In this document: piece after piece, positions 24,662-25,764 of the stretch | Numbering within the stretch: the stretch's first letter is position 1 | How the letters are laid out: each line of letters opens with the position of its first letter | Source: Promethearchaeota archaeon | GTDB lineage: Archaea > Asgardarchaeota > Hermodarchaeia > Hermodarchaeales > Hermodarchaeaceae | Assembly (NCBI GenBank): GCA_048939245.1 | Contig: JBHLPR010000030.1 | Coordinates: 1 to 25,764, forward strand | Direction: 5' to 3' | DNA: 25,764 nucleotides | The notes under the pieces: generated by a model | Databases searched by the model: none | What the model was told of the DNA's origin: nothing | Seen by the model: only the letters and a program-made list of their open reading frames with translations | Translations under genes and position numbers: made by a program

Positions 24662-25764
24662 ATGAGTGAAAAAAGGATAAAGCACCGGAAAAGTATGTTT
24701 GAACGAGCTCAAGGTGTTTGGACTCGTTATCGTGAAGTAAAACAAGGGCTATTCGGACTTGCCGTTGTTATTTGGTTTATCATTATGGCGGTGGTTGCCC
24801 CCCTTCTATTTCCTTTGTACCCTGGGCAATTGGTTATGGTTGGTCCTAACTTCGCAGCGCCTCAATGGATGTCCTGGACTGCTCCTGGAGATGTAGGCAA
24901 CTACATTTCCGCGCCAGGTAAGAACTTTATGACTGACCCATATTTCGATTATGACAATACATGGGTCGTGAATGATACTGATCCAATAGGATCATATTAT
25001 TGGGATTATACTGATTACGTCACTAGTGCTACAGGCACTAATCGGTCACTTGTATTAGTCGTAGATGATAACGATAACAATGAAACCTTTTCAGGACGCG
25101 AAGTATATGCAGAAGGAGAGTTTGAGTGGGAGTATTTCCCCTGTGCCCTTTCATACCTCATCTGGACCATTAAGATAGAGGTCACTGGGAATCTCACTGA
25201 TAATTCGGTTCGTCCTTATTTTGAATTGGTGAATCCTGCTCTAGATGATCCACTTGTACTTCCTATTCACTACGTGTTTCGTGTTTATCCGGAGTATCCT
25301 GACTACTGGTCCACGTTTCGAAGGCAATACACTTCTCAAGTAATCGGTCGTGCATTTCAACCTGGTGAAACTATTGGCGTGAAAATTGGGTTAGAATTCA
25401 CCGAAACAGATGTGACTCGAACGGGGACGGTAGAATTTTGGATTGACGAAGTCCAACTCTGGGCCTATAGTAACTTCTGGGGACCATTAGGGACAACAGA
25501 TGCTGGTCAGGATGTAATGGCCCAACTTTTCTGGGGTGCACAGGTGTCTCTCTTTATTGGACTTGTTGCGACGTTCATTGGAGTTGCTGTTGGCTTACTC
25601 CTTGGACTTGCTGCTGGTTACTTTGGTGGCGTAATCGACGAAGCAGCAATGCGAGTGACAGATTTCTTTATCATCATGCCCACATTGCCTATCATGATGA
25701 TATTGTCTGCGTTGATGTCGCCAAGCTTGGGGATTACGGTCTTTGTCATCGCTTTGTTTGCGTG
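24662..25764 (+). CDS. Peptide/nickel ABC transporter permease, OppC/DppC type, with a large extracellular insertion (3'-truncated; absent from the ORF track)
   Basis: Open frame from ATG 24662 (GGGTGA RBS) to the window end. The N-terminal TM and APQW are followed by a ~200-aa insert, then GPLGTTDAGQDVMAQLFWGAQVSLFIG, AGYFGGVIDE--MRVTD and PTLP. Confidence 0.92.
   Translation, partial: MSEKRIKHRKSMFERAQGVWTRYREVKQGLFGLAVVIWFIIMAVVAPLLFPLYPGQLVMVGPNFAAPQWMSWTAPGDVGNYISAPGKNFMTDPYFDYDNTWVVNDTDPIGSYYWDYTDYVTSATGTNRSLVLVVDDNDNNETFSGREVYAEGEFEWEYFPCALSYLIWTIKIEVTGNLTDNSVRPYFELVNPALDDPLVLPIHYVFRVYPEYPDYWSTFRRQYTSQVIGRAFQPGETIGVKIGLEFTETDVTRTGTVEFWIDEVQLWAYSNFWGPLGTTDAGQDVMAQLFWGAQVSLFIGLVATFIGVAVGLLLGLAAGYFGGVIDEAAMRVTDFFIIMPTLPIMMILSALMSPSLGITVFVIALFA

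Noticed and set aside
1-25764. CRISPR array, tRNA/rRNA, IS element, known riboswitch or selenocysteine recoding
   Set aside because: By eye I found no regularly spaced repeats, tRNA T-loop/cloverleaf, transposase, recognisable aptamer consensus or in-frame TGA at a catalytic Cys. An Rfam/tRNAscan run would be needed to exclude these fully.

Overview
This is a gene-dense archaeal chromosomal window. The archaeal call rests on a Form III RuBisCO, a SAMP/MoaD ubiquitin-like protein, a presenilin-like GxGD protease, TATA-type promoters and GAGGTG/GGTGA ribosome-binding sites. An Asgard-like heterotroph is plausible but is inference only. The left end is the 3' part of a translationally coupled operon: opine/octopine dehydrogenase, then a single-chain B12-binding + glutamate-mutase-like TIM-barrel protein, then an unannotated 47-aa CxC/CxxC microprotein. 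This is the best candidate for an undescribed pathway. The middle holds mixed metabolic genes: PD-(D/E)XK nuclease, GT-A-like protein, MBL hydrolase, a doubly disrupted NTF2/SnoaL pseudogene, nitronate monooxygenase/FabK, LLM oxidoreductase, DUF1624 membrane protein, signal-less NitT/TauT-type binding protein, SAMP, pyruvate kinase, HEAT-repeat protein, CoA-transferase A/B, YjbQ, EamA and rbcL. The right end is an atypical peptide/nickel (family 5) ABC locus. It has an apparently circularly permuted binding protein flanked by 5' and 3' hairpins, a decayed paralogue remnant, divergently transcribed OppB and OppC (OppC carrying a ~200-aa extracellular insert), small membrane proteins and a downstream presenilin-like protease. 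No tRNA, rRNA, CRISPR array or mobile element was recognised.
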